From Candidatus Levybacteria bacterium RIFCSPHIGHO2_01_FULL_41_15 (lineage in GTDB: Bacteria > Patescibacteriota > Microgenomatia > Levybacterales > UBA12049), in assembly GCA_001782165.1 (NCBI GenBank), contig MFNV01000006.1, forward strand, positions 444 through 64,443: DNA of 64,000 nucleotides, read 5' to 3'. Each line of letters opens with the position of its first letter. The stretch's first letter is position 1. The translations under genes were made by a program, and so were the position numbers. This document shows positions 52,055-61,531 of this stretch, one piece after another. The notes under the pieces were generated by a model that saw nothing but the letters and a program-made list of their open reading frames with translations, was not told the DNA's origin and made no database searches.

Positions 52055-52600
52055 TCCGGTCGACAACACCCGAGGGCATAGTGGAGTCTTAACCCCCAAC
52101 TGAGAAGTCCACCTAGACTTGCCCTCACCCAGCAAATTTCGAGGCGGTGTAACCCCCCCCTCCGCCACCGTCTCACTTTCTAAACTCGCGTTGTACCTCC
52201 TACAACGTCGAGGCTTCCTTTTCTGGGATTTCTACAGGAAGATCGGAATGGACGCCGTTACCCAGTCCTCCCCTCCGGGGGATAACCAATAAGATATGCT
52301 GATCGAAAGATTGGCATTTTCCTGGGAGGGGCACAAGTGCGAAAGCACAGCGTTGAGATCATTTTGATTCTCTCTTGCTTCACCAATTGCGGTGATACCA
52401 AGACTGATCAATTTGATCCTTCGCTTCTGCATACCTTCCCTTTTGAGCTCATCAACCATAGGCTGGTGGATTCAAAAGGGAAATTTAAAATTTAAAATCT
52501 ATATCCTCTTTAAATTTCAAATGCTGTGTCTTCAATCTTGCAATCGAACAAAAGACGTTAAGTTTTTGCAAATGAGTACATCAGGAGGATTCCTCGCAAA

Positions 52601-52633
52601 CTTGTCGAGGAGGGGGTGAAATCCCCCGACAAG
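52601..52633 (+). promoter_or_regulatory. Strong nested hairpin cttgtcg-agg-aGGGGGtgaaatCCCCC-gacaag at the right edge of the island
   Basis: 7-bp outer stem plus 5-bp G/C inner stem. Confidence 0.35.
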
Positions 52634-52677
52634 CGAATGAGCAAAAATAGTCCGACTTCGCTTGCAAGGAGTTTTTG

Positions 52678-52701
52678 GTACTTTTGTCGACACAAAAGTA
52701 C
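52678..52701 (+). promoter_or_regulatory. 10-bp inverted repeat GTACTTTTGT-cgac-ACAAAAGTAC about 57 nt upstream of the GT-C gene ATG
   Basis: Read directly. Confidence 0.4.
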
Positions 52702-52758
52702 AGAAAAAATGTTTTATTGTTAATTGTTAATTTTTTGAATTCATTGTACATTATATTT

Positions 52759-55700
52759 ATGAGTCGCAAAATCTTAGATAATCTCCCACTTTTGGCACTT
52801 TTCTTTATAACTTTAATTCTTGCGTTTCAAAATTATACTCCGGGAACCTTTCTTTCCGGATGGGATACGCTTGCCCCTGAATTTAATTTCGGCCTTAATT
52901 TTCAAAGACTTTTCTTTGGAGTATTCAGATCCGAGCAGGGGCTCGGAGCGGTCGCAGCCCATTCACACATGTCAGATCTTCCCCGCGCAATACTATTATA
53001 CATTTTTAACTATTTTATGCCTCTTTCTTTCCTCAGATATTCCTACATATTTCTAAACTTATTTTTAGGCCCAATTGGGATGTACTATTTTCTCCAAAAG
53101 GTAGTTTTGAAAAATAAGGCTGCCTCTTTTTTGGGCGGGCTCTTTTATCTTCTAAACTTGGGTACAATGCAGCAATTTATAGTTCCTTTTGAAATGTTTG
53201 TTGCTCAATACGGAATGCTTCCATGGATATTCCTATTCGCAACCCAATATCTAAAGACACAAAACTCAAATGGAAAATATCTTTTATGGTTTGCCCTTAC
53301 GATTCTTTTTGCCTCCCCTATGGCTTATGCCGCAACTCTCTGGTATATAACATTTGCTTGCTTCTCTATATATCTTTTTACTTTATCTCTGCCAACTCTT
53401 ATTAAGAAAAACTTCTCTGTCTTTAAAAAAACAATAATTCTAATACTTTTAAGCCTTCTTATTAATTCGTTTTGGATACTTCCAAATATATATTTCGTAC
53501 TAACTTCAGGAGCTAGAGTTACCTATGCAAATATAAATACTCTCTTTTCTCCCCAAGCTTTTTTGTATAACAAAGAATTCGGCAATCTAAAAGATATTGC
53601 TCTTATCAAAAACTTTTTATTCGACTGGGGGGTCTATGCCGGAGGGGGCCAGTTCGGGAACCTTCTTCAGGTTTGGACTGAGTATTTAAACAAACCTTAT
53701 GTTTCTCTTATCGGATTTTTCTTTGCCGCCGTTGCGGTTTTGGGGATTGTTTATTCAATAATTAAAAGAAACATAATAGGTCTCTGTCTCCTGCCGGTTT
53801 TAATATTCGTCCTCTTTTTCTTAATAAATGATAATCCTCCGACTTCTTTTTTGTACAGATTTCTTCAAAGCTCCATACCGCTGTTTAAAGAAGCCTTCAG
53901 ATTTCCCGCCGATAAGGTTCTCGGCATTTTTATATTTGTCTTTGGTTTATATTTTGGTTTAGGCCAAATGGCACTTGTTGAGATTTTCAAAAAACTCCCC
54001 TCTTTCTTCGCGAGATTTGTTGTTGCACTTCAGCTTATATCAATTACTGCTCTTCTAATTTTTTATATGACCCCTGCTTTCAAAGGAAATCTGATAAGCC
54101 CTTTGATGAGAGTTAAAATTCCGAACTATTATTTTGATATTTTCTCTTACTTTGATAAGCAAACTGATAATGGAAGAATTGCAGATCTTCCCATTCACTC
54201 GCCCTGGGGATGGCAATATTATGATTGGCAGGAAAATGGACCAAGTTATCAGGGCGCAGGATTTATATGGTTTGGGGTAAAACAGCCAATCTTAAATAGA
54301 GATTTTGATAGGTGGAACCCGGCAAACGAGCAGTACTTCCGAGAAATGTCCTATGCTGTTTATTCCAAAAGGGACGATCTTTTTAAAAGGGTAATTGAGA
54401 AATACAATATCCATTATATTCTTCTGGACGAGAGTATTATTGCGCCTGAAAATGATGCACGAATTCTGTATTATGATGAGCTTAGGAAGTTTTTAGAAAA
54501 GCTTGAGAAGGAAAATTTCGCAAGACAAGATGCTCAGTTCGAGAAGGTAAAAATTTTTAAAGTGGCAAGTGGATTGAACTCTTTATATTTATTAAAAGGC
54601 AGTCCTAAAGTCTTGCCAAAAGCGAGCGCTTATTATGAGGACTTTGCATATCTTAAGTACAATGATTACAAAAGTGAGGAAAGCGGGTCGGGGACTTTTT
54701 ATCCTTTCAGAAATCTAATTGACTCTCAAAGCCATATCCTAAATGGAAGAACCAATATAACTCAAGAGGGCGCGGTTCTTAATTTCCAGAAAAAAGATAA
54801 TCTTTCTTCTCCTGACTTTGCAGAGAGTGAAAATTATATTGCTTCAGATTTGTTTCTAAAAAGGGAGGGGACCTCAGTCTCAATCCAGTTTTACCCTCAT
54901 CTTCCCTATAGAAATCTTTTGGACTCTCCTCTTTCGATAACCTCTTCATTCGACATCCCCGACAAAAATTTTATCGTAAGCATCAACGGAACCAATAATT
55001 TCAGAGTTGCAGATATTGAGGAAAATGCACCGTTCTCACTGGGGACTGTATTTCTTAACACAGGAATGGGTAATTTAATCTCAGCTTACCCACAGAATCC
55101 GGATATTGCAGTCTCTCCTGATTTTTCAGAAATCCAGTTTGGGCTTTCTGCATGTGAGGGCAGAAGCCCAGACCAAGTAGTCGGCATCGAAAGGGAGGGA
55201 AATGGATTCAGTATTTTTGGGAAAAACGCGCCAATTTGCATGAACATTCCTTTGGAAGAGATTTTCAAAGACGCGGGTCAACTTAATAATTCCGAAGTTC
55301 TCTTGACATCAAGTTTCATGCAAAGCGGTAACCCATTATCATATGTTTGCGTTGCAGATATAAAAACAGGTTCTTGTTTAAGCTATACTTTCAAGAATGT
55401 TAATCCCGGACGATTTCCCATAAATTTGAGCTATTTTGGGATTGAAAAAAATAATTTACAAAATCTTTCTATCAAAGTATTTTTGGACGCAACTCAGACG
55501 GACAAAATTGAGAGGGTTAAATATTCAAACCTAGTTTTCTCTTTGACTAAACCTATCTTTTCATCAAACCTTTCAAAAGATCTTATAAAAGAATCTCTTT
55601 CAAGCGCAGTGTTGAATCCTGCAAATAAAAGCGCTCTAGTTCCCTTCTCGGGAAATGAGCAATTAAGCCAAGATATAACGTCTTTGCCTAGAACATCTAT

Positions 55701-56586
55701 CAATTGTAATCCATCCTCACCTCTAAACCATGAGGTTTCCAAAAAAATCATAAGTAAGGCAAAGGATAATTATATTCAATACGAGTCGGTCCAAGGTACC
55801 GCCTGCGATCATTTTTCCTACCAGAATCTTTCTCAAGACCAAGGATATCTTCTGTCAATAACTTCAAGAAACATTCAGGGCCTACCACTTACCATGTGCG
55901 TCTTAAATTATGCTTCAAAACATTGTGATCTGTACACAAATCTATCAAAATCTTCAAAGTTCACTACAGATATTTTTCTGATTCCGCCAATGCAAGAAGG
56001 ACAGAAAGGGTACGATATAGATATTGCAAGTCTTGGAATAAAAGGCACCAAAAGCGTGAATGATCTTAAGTCAATCCAATTCATACCTTTTCCTTATTAC
56101 TTTTTATCTAAAATCGAAGAAGGAGAAAAACAAGAAACATCAAAAAAGACTTCAATCGAAGGTCAGAACGAAATCAACCCCTCTCTTTATAAGGTTACTT
56201 TAAACGAAAATCCCGCTGTCAACGATACTTTAGTCTTTTCAAAATCCTATCAAACAGGATGGAAAGCCTATGAGATAAAAGGCAAAAGTCAAAATTCAAA
56301 AGTCAAAAGTTTTATTGTAACAATTTTTCCTTTCCTGTTTGGTAAGGAACTTAAGAATCATGTCCTAGTCAACAATTGGGCCAATGGTTGGCAAATGGAA
56401 AATGGAAAATCGTCAATAGTCAATAATCAATCATCAATTATTATTATCTATCTCCCCCAATACCTGCAGTACCTCGGCTTTATCCTAACTTTTGGCACAT
56501 TTGTCGTTGTTATATTGAAATTGATCAAAAACAAGAAGGGGAATTTGACAGAAAATGAGGTTTCTGATAAACTACCCACAATCTAA
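52759..56586 (+). CDS. Large polytopic GT-C-fold membrane glycosyltransferase-like protein (YfhO/ArnT/PMT-like) with a ~900-aa extracytoplasmic C-terminal region and terminal TM; the ORF track starts at TTG 52675
   Basis: More than 10 TM helices in the first ~480 aa; followed by a GT2 gene, as in the csbB-yfhO arrangement. Confidence 0.55.
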   Translation: MSRKILDNLPLLALFFITLILAFQNYTPGTFLSGWDTLAPEFNFGLNFQRLFFGVFRSEQGLGAVAAHSHMSDLPRAILLYIFNYFMPLSFLRYSYIFLNLFLGPIGMYYFLQKVVLKNKAASFLGGLFYLLNLGTMQQFIVPFEMFVAQYGMLPWIFLFATQYLKTQNSNGKYLLWFALTILFASPMAYAATLWYITFACFSIYLFTLSLPTLIKKNFSVFKKTIILILLSLLINSFWILPNIYFVLTSGARVTYANINTLFSPQAFLYNKEFGNLKDIALIKNFLFDWGVYAGGGQFGNLLQVWTEYLNKPYVSLIGFFFAAVAVLGIVYSIIKRNIIGLCLLPVLIFVLFFLINDNPPTSFLYRFLQSSIPLFKEAFRFPADKVLGIFIFVFGLYFGLGQMALVEIFKKLPSFFARFVVALQLISITALLIFYMTPAFKGNLISPLMRVKIPNYYFDIFSYFDKQTDNGRIADLPIHSPWGWQYYDWQENGPSYQGAGFIWFGVKQPILNRDFDRWNPANEQYFREMSYAVYSKRDDLFKRVIEKYNIHYILLDESIIAPENDARILYYDELRKFLEKLEKENFARQDAQFEKVKIFKVASGLNSLYLLKGSPKVLPKASAYYEDFAYLKYNDYKSEESGSGTFYPFRNLIDSQSHILNGRTNITQEGAVLNFQKKDNLSSPDFAESENYIASDLFLKREGTSVSIQFYPHLPYRNLLDSPLSITSSFDIPDKNFIVSINGTNNFRVADIEENAPFSLGTVFLNTGMGNLISAYPQNPDIAVSPDFSEIQFGLSACEGRSPDQVVGIEREGNGFSIFGKNAPICMNIPLEEIFKDAGQLNNSEVLLTSSFMQSGNPLSYVCVADIKTGSCLSYTFKNVNPGRFPINLSYFGIEKNNLQNLSIKVFLDATQTDKIERVKYSNLVFSLTKPIFSSNLSKDLIKESLSSAVLNPANKSALVPFSGNEQLSQDITSLPRTSINCNPSSPLNHEVSKKIISKAKDNYIQYESVQGTACDHFSYQNLSQDQGYLLSITSRNIQGLPLTMCVLNYASKHCDLYTNLSKSSKFTTDIFLIPPMQEGQKGYDIDIASLGIKGTKSVNDLKSIQFIPFPYYFLSKIEEGEKQETSKKTSIEGQNEINPSLYKVTLNENPAVNDTLVFSKSYQTGWKAYEIKGKSQNSKVKSFIVTIFPFLFGKELKNHVLVNNWANGWQMENGKSSIVNNQSSIIIIYLPQYLQYLGFILTFGTFVVVILKLIKNKKGNLTENEVSDKLPTI

Positions 56587-56613
56587 TAATTCTGCCCCGA
56601 TGAGTATATAAAA

Positions 56614-57411
56614 TTGCCCCGTAATTTACAATTTTCAAATATGAAAGACGAAAAGCCTTTAGTTTCTATTCTTCTTCCTGTTCATAATGCGGGAGCTCAT
56701 CTTTTTGAGTGTCTTAAGAGCATTAAGACCCAAAGCTACCGTAATATTGAAATACTTTCGCTTGATGACTTCTCAAACGATGATTCATATAAGATCCTGC
56801 GAGATTTTGCCCGAAAAGATAAAAGATTTAAAGTAAAGCGGAATGTGAAACGATACGGAATTGGAACTACTCTTAACAGGCTGATTAAAAAAGCTAAAGG
56901 TGCTTTTATTGCTTTTATGGATGACGAGGATATTGCGGCAAAAGATAAGATCAAAAAACAACTACTATTCTTAAAGGAGAACCCCAATGTTGCAGCTTTA
57001 GGAACTCAATGTTATTTTCTAGGAAGAAATGGAAAAAGAGTCGGCAAGAGCAGATTTCCTCTTGAAAACGGTCAAATCTATAGTTCCCCTCTTCATGGCA
57101 TCTCAATGCAGTTTGAAACTGTCATGATAAACAGAAGTCTTCTCCCCAAAGACATTTTGAAATTTCACACTAGAGGAAATCCTTTTATCTACAGCGACAT
57201 ATTCCTCAAACTTCTCCCTTACGGCAAGGTTGCAAATATCAAAAATTATCTCCACTATCACAGAAACCATCCAAGTGAATATTTTAAGGATCTTCGAAAA
57301 AATCCTGTTCATTTTATGAAACTTTGGATAAGATCAATGGCATTTTATAACTACAATTCACCTTTCAAAACCTTTAGATCCTTCTTCACCCCAATCGTCA
57401 GATCAGCATAA
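56614..57411 (+). CDS. GT2-family glycosyltransferase (polyprenyl-phosphate sugar synthase-like)
   Basis: VSILLPVHNAGAHLFECLKSIKTQSYRNIEILSLDDFSNDDS, DDED motif FMDDEDI. Confidence 0.8.
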   Translation: MPRNLQFSNMKDEKPLVSILLPVHNAGAHLFECLKSIKTQSYRNIEILSLDDFSNDDSYKILRDFARKDKRFKVKRNVKRYGIGTTLNRLIKKAKGAFIAFMDDEDIAAKDKIKKQLLFLKENPNVAALGTQCYFLGRNGKRVGKSRFPLENGQIYSSPLHGISMQFETVMINRSLLPKDILKFHTRGNPFIYSDIFLKLLPYGKVANIKNYLHYHRNHPSEYFKDLRKNPVHFMKLWIRSMAFYNYNSPFKTFRSFFTPIVRSA

Positions 57412-57982
57412 CTTAGCAACTAGCGACTAGTGGCTAGTTACTCATCCTCAAGTTATCCACATTTTTCATTACCAAAAAAAATAGATTGTGTAATCAACCT
57501 AATCAACCTATTATTTACTATGAGTTACCAAAATTTAAACCCCTTTTTGGCTATAGGATTGACAGGACTTGACAAGGTGTGTTAGAATATGGTTTGTCAT
57601 GAGATTCCTCTCTTTAAGGAGAAAAAAAACAAGAAAGAGTATCAGCGATTATAAGCAAGAAATATTGCTGAAAGAGGGCAGGGAACAGTTTAAGTCTCTT
57701 ATTAAAAAGGGGCTTTCGGTACCAATAGCACTTTTATAGATCTTAAATTGTAAATTTGCAAAAAAGAGCATCGCTTTCGTTACTCTCGATGATAATTTCA
57801 GTACGACAAGCAATGCTCTTGCAAGATAGGCTACTAGTTCCTTAGGCAGGAAATAAAACTAGTTGCCTTAGTTTTTAATAACAAAAATAGAAATTATTGT
57901 CAAGAAAAATCAGTGAAGCTAAAATTGTTGGTTTTTCTTGTTATTATTAGATTTTTCACGAAAATTTTTGCACTTATTTACA

Positions 57983-58021
57983 GTTTTAGACGAGGTAGGA
58001 GTCTTGGGCAGGGATTCCTAC
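57983..58021 (-). terminator. Hairpin GAGGTAGGA-n21-TCCTACCTC immediately downstream of the yacL stop
   Basis: Perfect 9-bp stem, 13 nt after the stop at 58034. Confidence 0.4.
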
Positions 58022-58033
58022 CTCTTCTAAGAT

Positions 58034-58810
58034 TCATACCTCTTTAAACTTTTTGGCAAACAGGATTCTTCCTGCTGTAGTCTGGATTACTCGGGATACT
58101 AAAACGTCAATAGTCTTTCCTATCTCCGAAGCGCCGTTTTCAACAACTATCATAGTCCCGTCATCAAGATAACCGACCCCTTGTGTTGTCTCTTTTCCCT
58201 TGTGAAGAACCTTTATGTGGAGAGCCTCGCCCGGCACTGCCCTAACCTTAAGAAGAGTCGCCAAAGTATTTATGTTTATGGCCGTTACACCTGATATATT
58301 TGCCCTTTTTTCAAGATTGTAATCGCATGTGATTATCTTGCCTTTATTTGTTTTTGCCGCAAAAATAAGTTTCTCATCAACTTCTGTGTACTCCCTGCCT
58401 TTGAAGATGTTCTCCTCAGATATCGTTATGAACTTAATCCCTTTTACCTTTTTAAGTTTCTCAAGATACTCAAACCCTTTTCTCCCCCGTTCTCTTTTTA
58501 CCGTATCCTGCGAATCTGCAATATGTTTTAATTCCAAAAGTATGCTTTCCAATAGCACAAAAGTTCCGAAAAACAAACCCAAATTTGTAATGTCAAAGAT
58601 CCTGCCGTCTATAATGGCTGATGTGTCCAAAAAAAAGGAGTTCTCTATCTTCTTTGTTTTTTTTCTTTTTTTAGGACGCCTGAATGGCGGAAGGCGTCTT
58701 ATTACGGTCTTTGCCACTTCATCTGCAATAAGACCCACAAGCTTTGGGGGAAATTGGCTTTCCTCTCTCTTCATGATCTTTGTTTTTTTTCTTTTTTTAT
58801 CTTTTGCCAT
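58034..58810 (-). CDS. yacL: YacL-like PIN-domain + TRAM-domain protein
   Basis: PIN FFLDTSAIIDGRIF...; C-terminal TRAM GEALHIKVLHKGKETTQGVGYLDDGTMIVVENG; lies next to radA as in Bacillus. Confidence 0.7.
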   Translation of the reverse strand: MAKDKKRKKTKIMKREESQFPPKLVGLIADEVAKTVIRRLPPFRRPKKRKKTKKIENSFFLDTSAIIDGRIFDITNLGLFFGTFVLLESILLELKHIADSQDTVKRERGRKGFEYLEKLKKVKGIKFITISEENIFKGREYTEVDEKLIFAAKTNKGKIITCDYNLEKRANISGVTAININTLATLLKVRAVPGEALHIKVLHKGKETTQGVGYLDDGTMIVVENGASEIGKTIDVLVSRVIQTTAGRILFAKKFKEV

Positions 58811-58826
58811 AACTATTTTAGATCTT

Positions 58827-60335
58827 TCAAATTAAATCTTTCAAAACCGCCTGAAGACTTCTGTGAGATTTGGCTGAAAGTATCTTTTTAAAGCCCATTT
58901 TTTGCGCTTCCTTGACTCTTTTTTCAAAAAATGATGTATTTCTCAATTCTCCCAAAAGACCTACTTCAGAAACGGCTACAAGACCCCACAAGGGCAGATT
59001 CTTAAAACTTGAGAAGATAGAAAGACAGACCGCAAGGTCTGAAGCCGGATCGGAAAGTTTCAGTCCTCCTGCAATGTTTACAAAAATGTCCATAGTTTCA
59101 ATCGGCAGTTTTGCCTGCTTTTGAAGAACCGCAATAAGAAGCTCGAGTCTTCTTGAATCGATCCCGCTTGCGACTCTTCGGGGAATTGGGAGTTTTGAAA
59201 AAACACAAAGAGCCTGGATTTCCACCAAAAACGGCCTTGTCCCCTCCATAGTAACCGTTAAAACCGATCCGGGAGTTTTTGAGTTTCCCTCTGTTATAAA
59301 TAAGCTCTCTATGTCTTTAACTTCAGACAATCCTTTTTCATCCATTTTAAAAATCCCCACTTCATCAACCGGACCGAACCTGTTTTTAAGGCTTCTTAAA
59401 ATGCGTGTCTGAGTGAATTTCTCGCCCTCAAAAAAAAGCAAAGTGTCTACCATATGAGATAAAACCATAGGCCCTGCCACCATTCCCTCCTTGGTGACAT
59501 GCCCTACCAAAACTGTAGGAATATTTAAGGTTTTTGCAGTTTTGATAAAAGCCATTCCCCCGTATCTAACTTGACCCACAGAGCCTGAAAGTCCCGAAAG
59601 CTTCTCAGATTCCATAGTCTGGATTGAATCTACAATTACAAAAGACGACATAAGTTCTCCAATAATTTCGCAAGCCCTGTCTGTATCATTAAGAGAGGCT
59701 ATGTATAAATTTTCATTATTGCCTCCTCCGATTCTCTGCGCTCTCATCTTTATCTGCTCTTCAGACTCTTCCCCTGAAATGTACAAAACAGGGTGCGGGA
59801 AGCTTTCAAAATTTTCGCTGTGAACATTCGCGCCACCAGCCTTTTTCTTTGAAAATGAAACTTTCTCCGCGTTGTGAACACGAAAATTTTTGTAAGCGAC
59901 CTCAGCATCTTTAAGAGCGTCATTCTCAATATGTGCTTGCCGAGTCTTCAACTTCGAACTGGATAGATTGAGCGCGATCTGAAGAAGAAGGGTAGACTTC
60001 CCGATCCCCGGATCTCCTGCGAGAAGCGTTACGCTCCCCGGAACCATTCCCCCGCCGAGAACTCCATCTGCTTCGGCAAAACCGGTTGAGATCCTATTTT
60101 TCTCCAAATACGAAATCTCACTAATCTTTTTTGCAGTTTTAGTTTTGTCTTTTTGGGAAATTGCAAACTCTGAAGTTTTGATTTTTGAACTTTGAATTTT
60201 GAATTCTCTCAGCGTATTCCACTCCCCGCATTCGGGACACTTCCCAAGAAATTTCGCAGATTCATATCCGCACTCCTGACAAACCCATGAAATCTTCGAT
60301 TTCATAATTAAAAATTTAAAATTTAAAATTGTCAC
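58827..60335 (-). CDS. radA: DNA repair protein RadA/Sms, with low-complexity in-frame insertions
   Basis: Zn-finger CQECGYESAKFLGKCPECGEWN, P-loop LLAGDPGIGKSTLLLQ, Lon-like C-terminal domain. Confidence 0.85.
   Translation of the reverse strand: MTILNFKFLIMKSKISWVCQECGYESAKFLGKCPECGEWNTLREFKIQSSKIKTSEFAISQKDKTKTAKKISEISYLEKNRISTGFAEADGVLGGGMVPGSVTLLAGDPGIGKSTLLLQIALNLSSSKLKTRQAHIENDALKDAEVAYKNFRVHNAEKVSFSKKKAGGANVHSENFESFPHPVLYISGEESEEQIKMRAQRIGGGNNENLYIASLNDTDRACEIIGELMSSFVIVDSIQTMESEKLSGLSGSVGQVRYGGMAFIKTAKTLNIPTVLVGHVTKEGMVAGPMVLSHMVDTLLFFEGEKFTQTRILRSLKNRFGPVDEVGIFKMDEKGLSEVKDIESLFITEGNSKTPGSVLTVTMEGTRPFLVEIQALCVFSKLPIPRRVASGIDSRRLELLIAVLQKQAKLPIETMDIFVNIAGGLKLSDPASDLAVCLSIFSSFKNLPLWGLVAVSEVGLLGELRNTSFFEKRVKEAQKMGFKKILSAKSHRSLQAVLKDLI
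60165..60210. repeat. GAATTT/GAACTT low-complexity repeat inside the radA 5' region (encodes REFKIQSSKIKTSEF)
   Basis: aactctgaagttttgatttttgaactttgaattttgaattctctc. Confidence 0.55.
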
Positions 60336-61459
60336 CTGTATCCTATTGGTTTTTCCTTAAGAACAGGAGACGCCAAAATTCTTCTTTTCTTAGAATCAAT
60401 TTCTATTATAACAAGATCAATTTTATCCTCCGGTTTGTAAGAAACCGTGAGGGGGGTTTTTCCCTTTCTCATCAACGCCTCCATCCCATTTCCGATATCA
60501 AAAACAATGCCCCCTGATGTTATTTCTTTCACTATTCCTGCAATCTTTTGATCTACCGAAAGGTTTTTAGTTTTTTCCTCAAATGGATCTTTTTCTAGTT
60601 TTTTAACAGAGAGGTTTACTCTCCTTCCGTTCTGATCGAAACCGATTATTTCCCCCTCAATTAAATCTCCTGTTTTGTACATTGAAAAAATATCGGTTAT
60701 TTTGTCCCAGGAAATTTCGGAGATATGAATAAAACCGTCGATTGCTCCCCTCTCGATTGGCACTGAAACAAATAAACCATAAGGAGTAACATTTGTAATC
60801 GTTGTTGTAATTTTTTCTCCAATCTTAAGACCTTTAATAGTTTGCCTAAAGTCGCCTGTCGTCACTGATTGGCTCTGAGAAAATATAATTTTGTTTGTTG
60901 CGCGATCTGCTTCAAGAATTATCGCTTTTATATGGGATCCGACCATAGAGGAAAAACCTTCTTCAAAATTTGAGGAAGCAAAAGACACCTGAGAGCCTGG
61001 AAGAAAACCCGATATCCCATTTTCTGCCGAAACCAGAAGTCCTCCTTTTATCGCCTCATTAACCACTACGTCCAAAACCTCCCTTTTTTCCTTAAGTTCT
61101 GTTACTTTAGCCCAAAGCCGGTTGTTAAGAAAACCCCGAAGAGAAACAACTGGATTACCCATTTCTGACTCCGGGTTTAGAATCTGAACATTAACTTTGT
61201 CCCCTACCGAAAGAGAAGATAAAATATTACGAAGTATTTTTTTATCTTTCTCCAAAACCACTGCTTCTGCCTTGGCATTTATATCAACCAAAACTTCTCC
61301 CGAAGTCAATTTGGTTATTTTGCCCTCAATAATGTCTCCCTTATGGGGGGTAACAAAAGAAGGTTTGCGCGAAGCCAAAAGCTGCGCCATCGACTGAGGC
61401 TTTTTGTTTGATTTAGAACTCTGAACTCTGAACTCTGAACTCTGAACTTTTTTCGCCAC
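60332..61459 (-). CDS. Ribosomal protein S1-like protein (4 S1 domains); real start is possibly the internal ATG (MAQLLAS...) with the 7-mer repeat in the 5' leader
   Basis: Repeated S1-domain pattern (GxV/I...G.G.F); the ORF-track start at 61459 is GTG. Confidence 0.65.
   Translation of the reverse strand: MAKKVQSSEFRVQSSKSNKKPQSMAQLLASRKPSFVTPHKGDIIEGKITKLTSGEVLVDINAKAEAVVLEKDKKILRNILSSLSVGDKVNVQILNPESEMGNPVVSLRGFLNNRLWAKVTELKEKREVLDVVVNEAIKGGLLVSAENGISGFLPGSQVSFASSNFEEGFSSMVGSHIKAIILEADRATNKIIFSQSQSVTTGDFRQTIKGLKIGEKITTTITNVTPYGLFVSVPIERGAIDGFIHISEISWDKITDIFSMYKTGDLIEGEIIGFDQNGRRVNLSVKKLEKDPFEEKTKNLSVDQKIAGIVKEITSGGIVFDIGNGMEALMRKGKTPLTVSYKPEDKIDLVIIEIDSKKRRILASPVLKEKPIGYR
61416..61450. 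repeat. Tandem 7-mer (GAACTCT)x5 at the 5' end of the S1 gene
   Basis: Read directly. Confidence 0.7.
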
Positions 61460-61531
61460 TCATTTATTCCTCCTTAATTTAAAGAGTGCTCCCATTGTAC
61501 CACACAATGGGGCCATGGTAAAATAAGGAAC

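Larger units (their letters stand above)
49790..52330. other. Compositionally foreign GC-rich (~58 %) island; total extent including flanks about 49600..52480
   Basis: Abrupt GC shift relative to ~38 % flanks; strong SD sites and ATGA/GTGA coupled small ORFs unlike the rest of the window. Confidence 0.7.

Noticed and set aside
52232-52459. 75-aa minus-strand ORF at the island's right edge
   Set aside because: No motif, no SD, sits in a compositional transition zone; coding status undeterminable.
49640-52660. Terminal inverted repeats bounding the GC-rich island (cgcaagc at 49642 vs gcttgcaag at 52652)
   Set aside because: Only 7 bp and imperfect, so not distinguishable from chance.
61461-61463. 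ATG at 61463..61461 as the S1 start
   Set aside because: That frame hits TAA after 16 codons. The long ORF uses GTG 61459 or an internal ATG.
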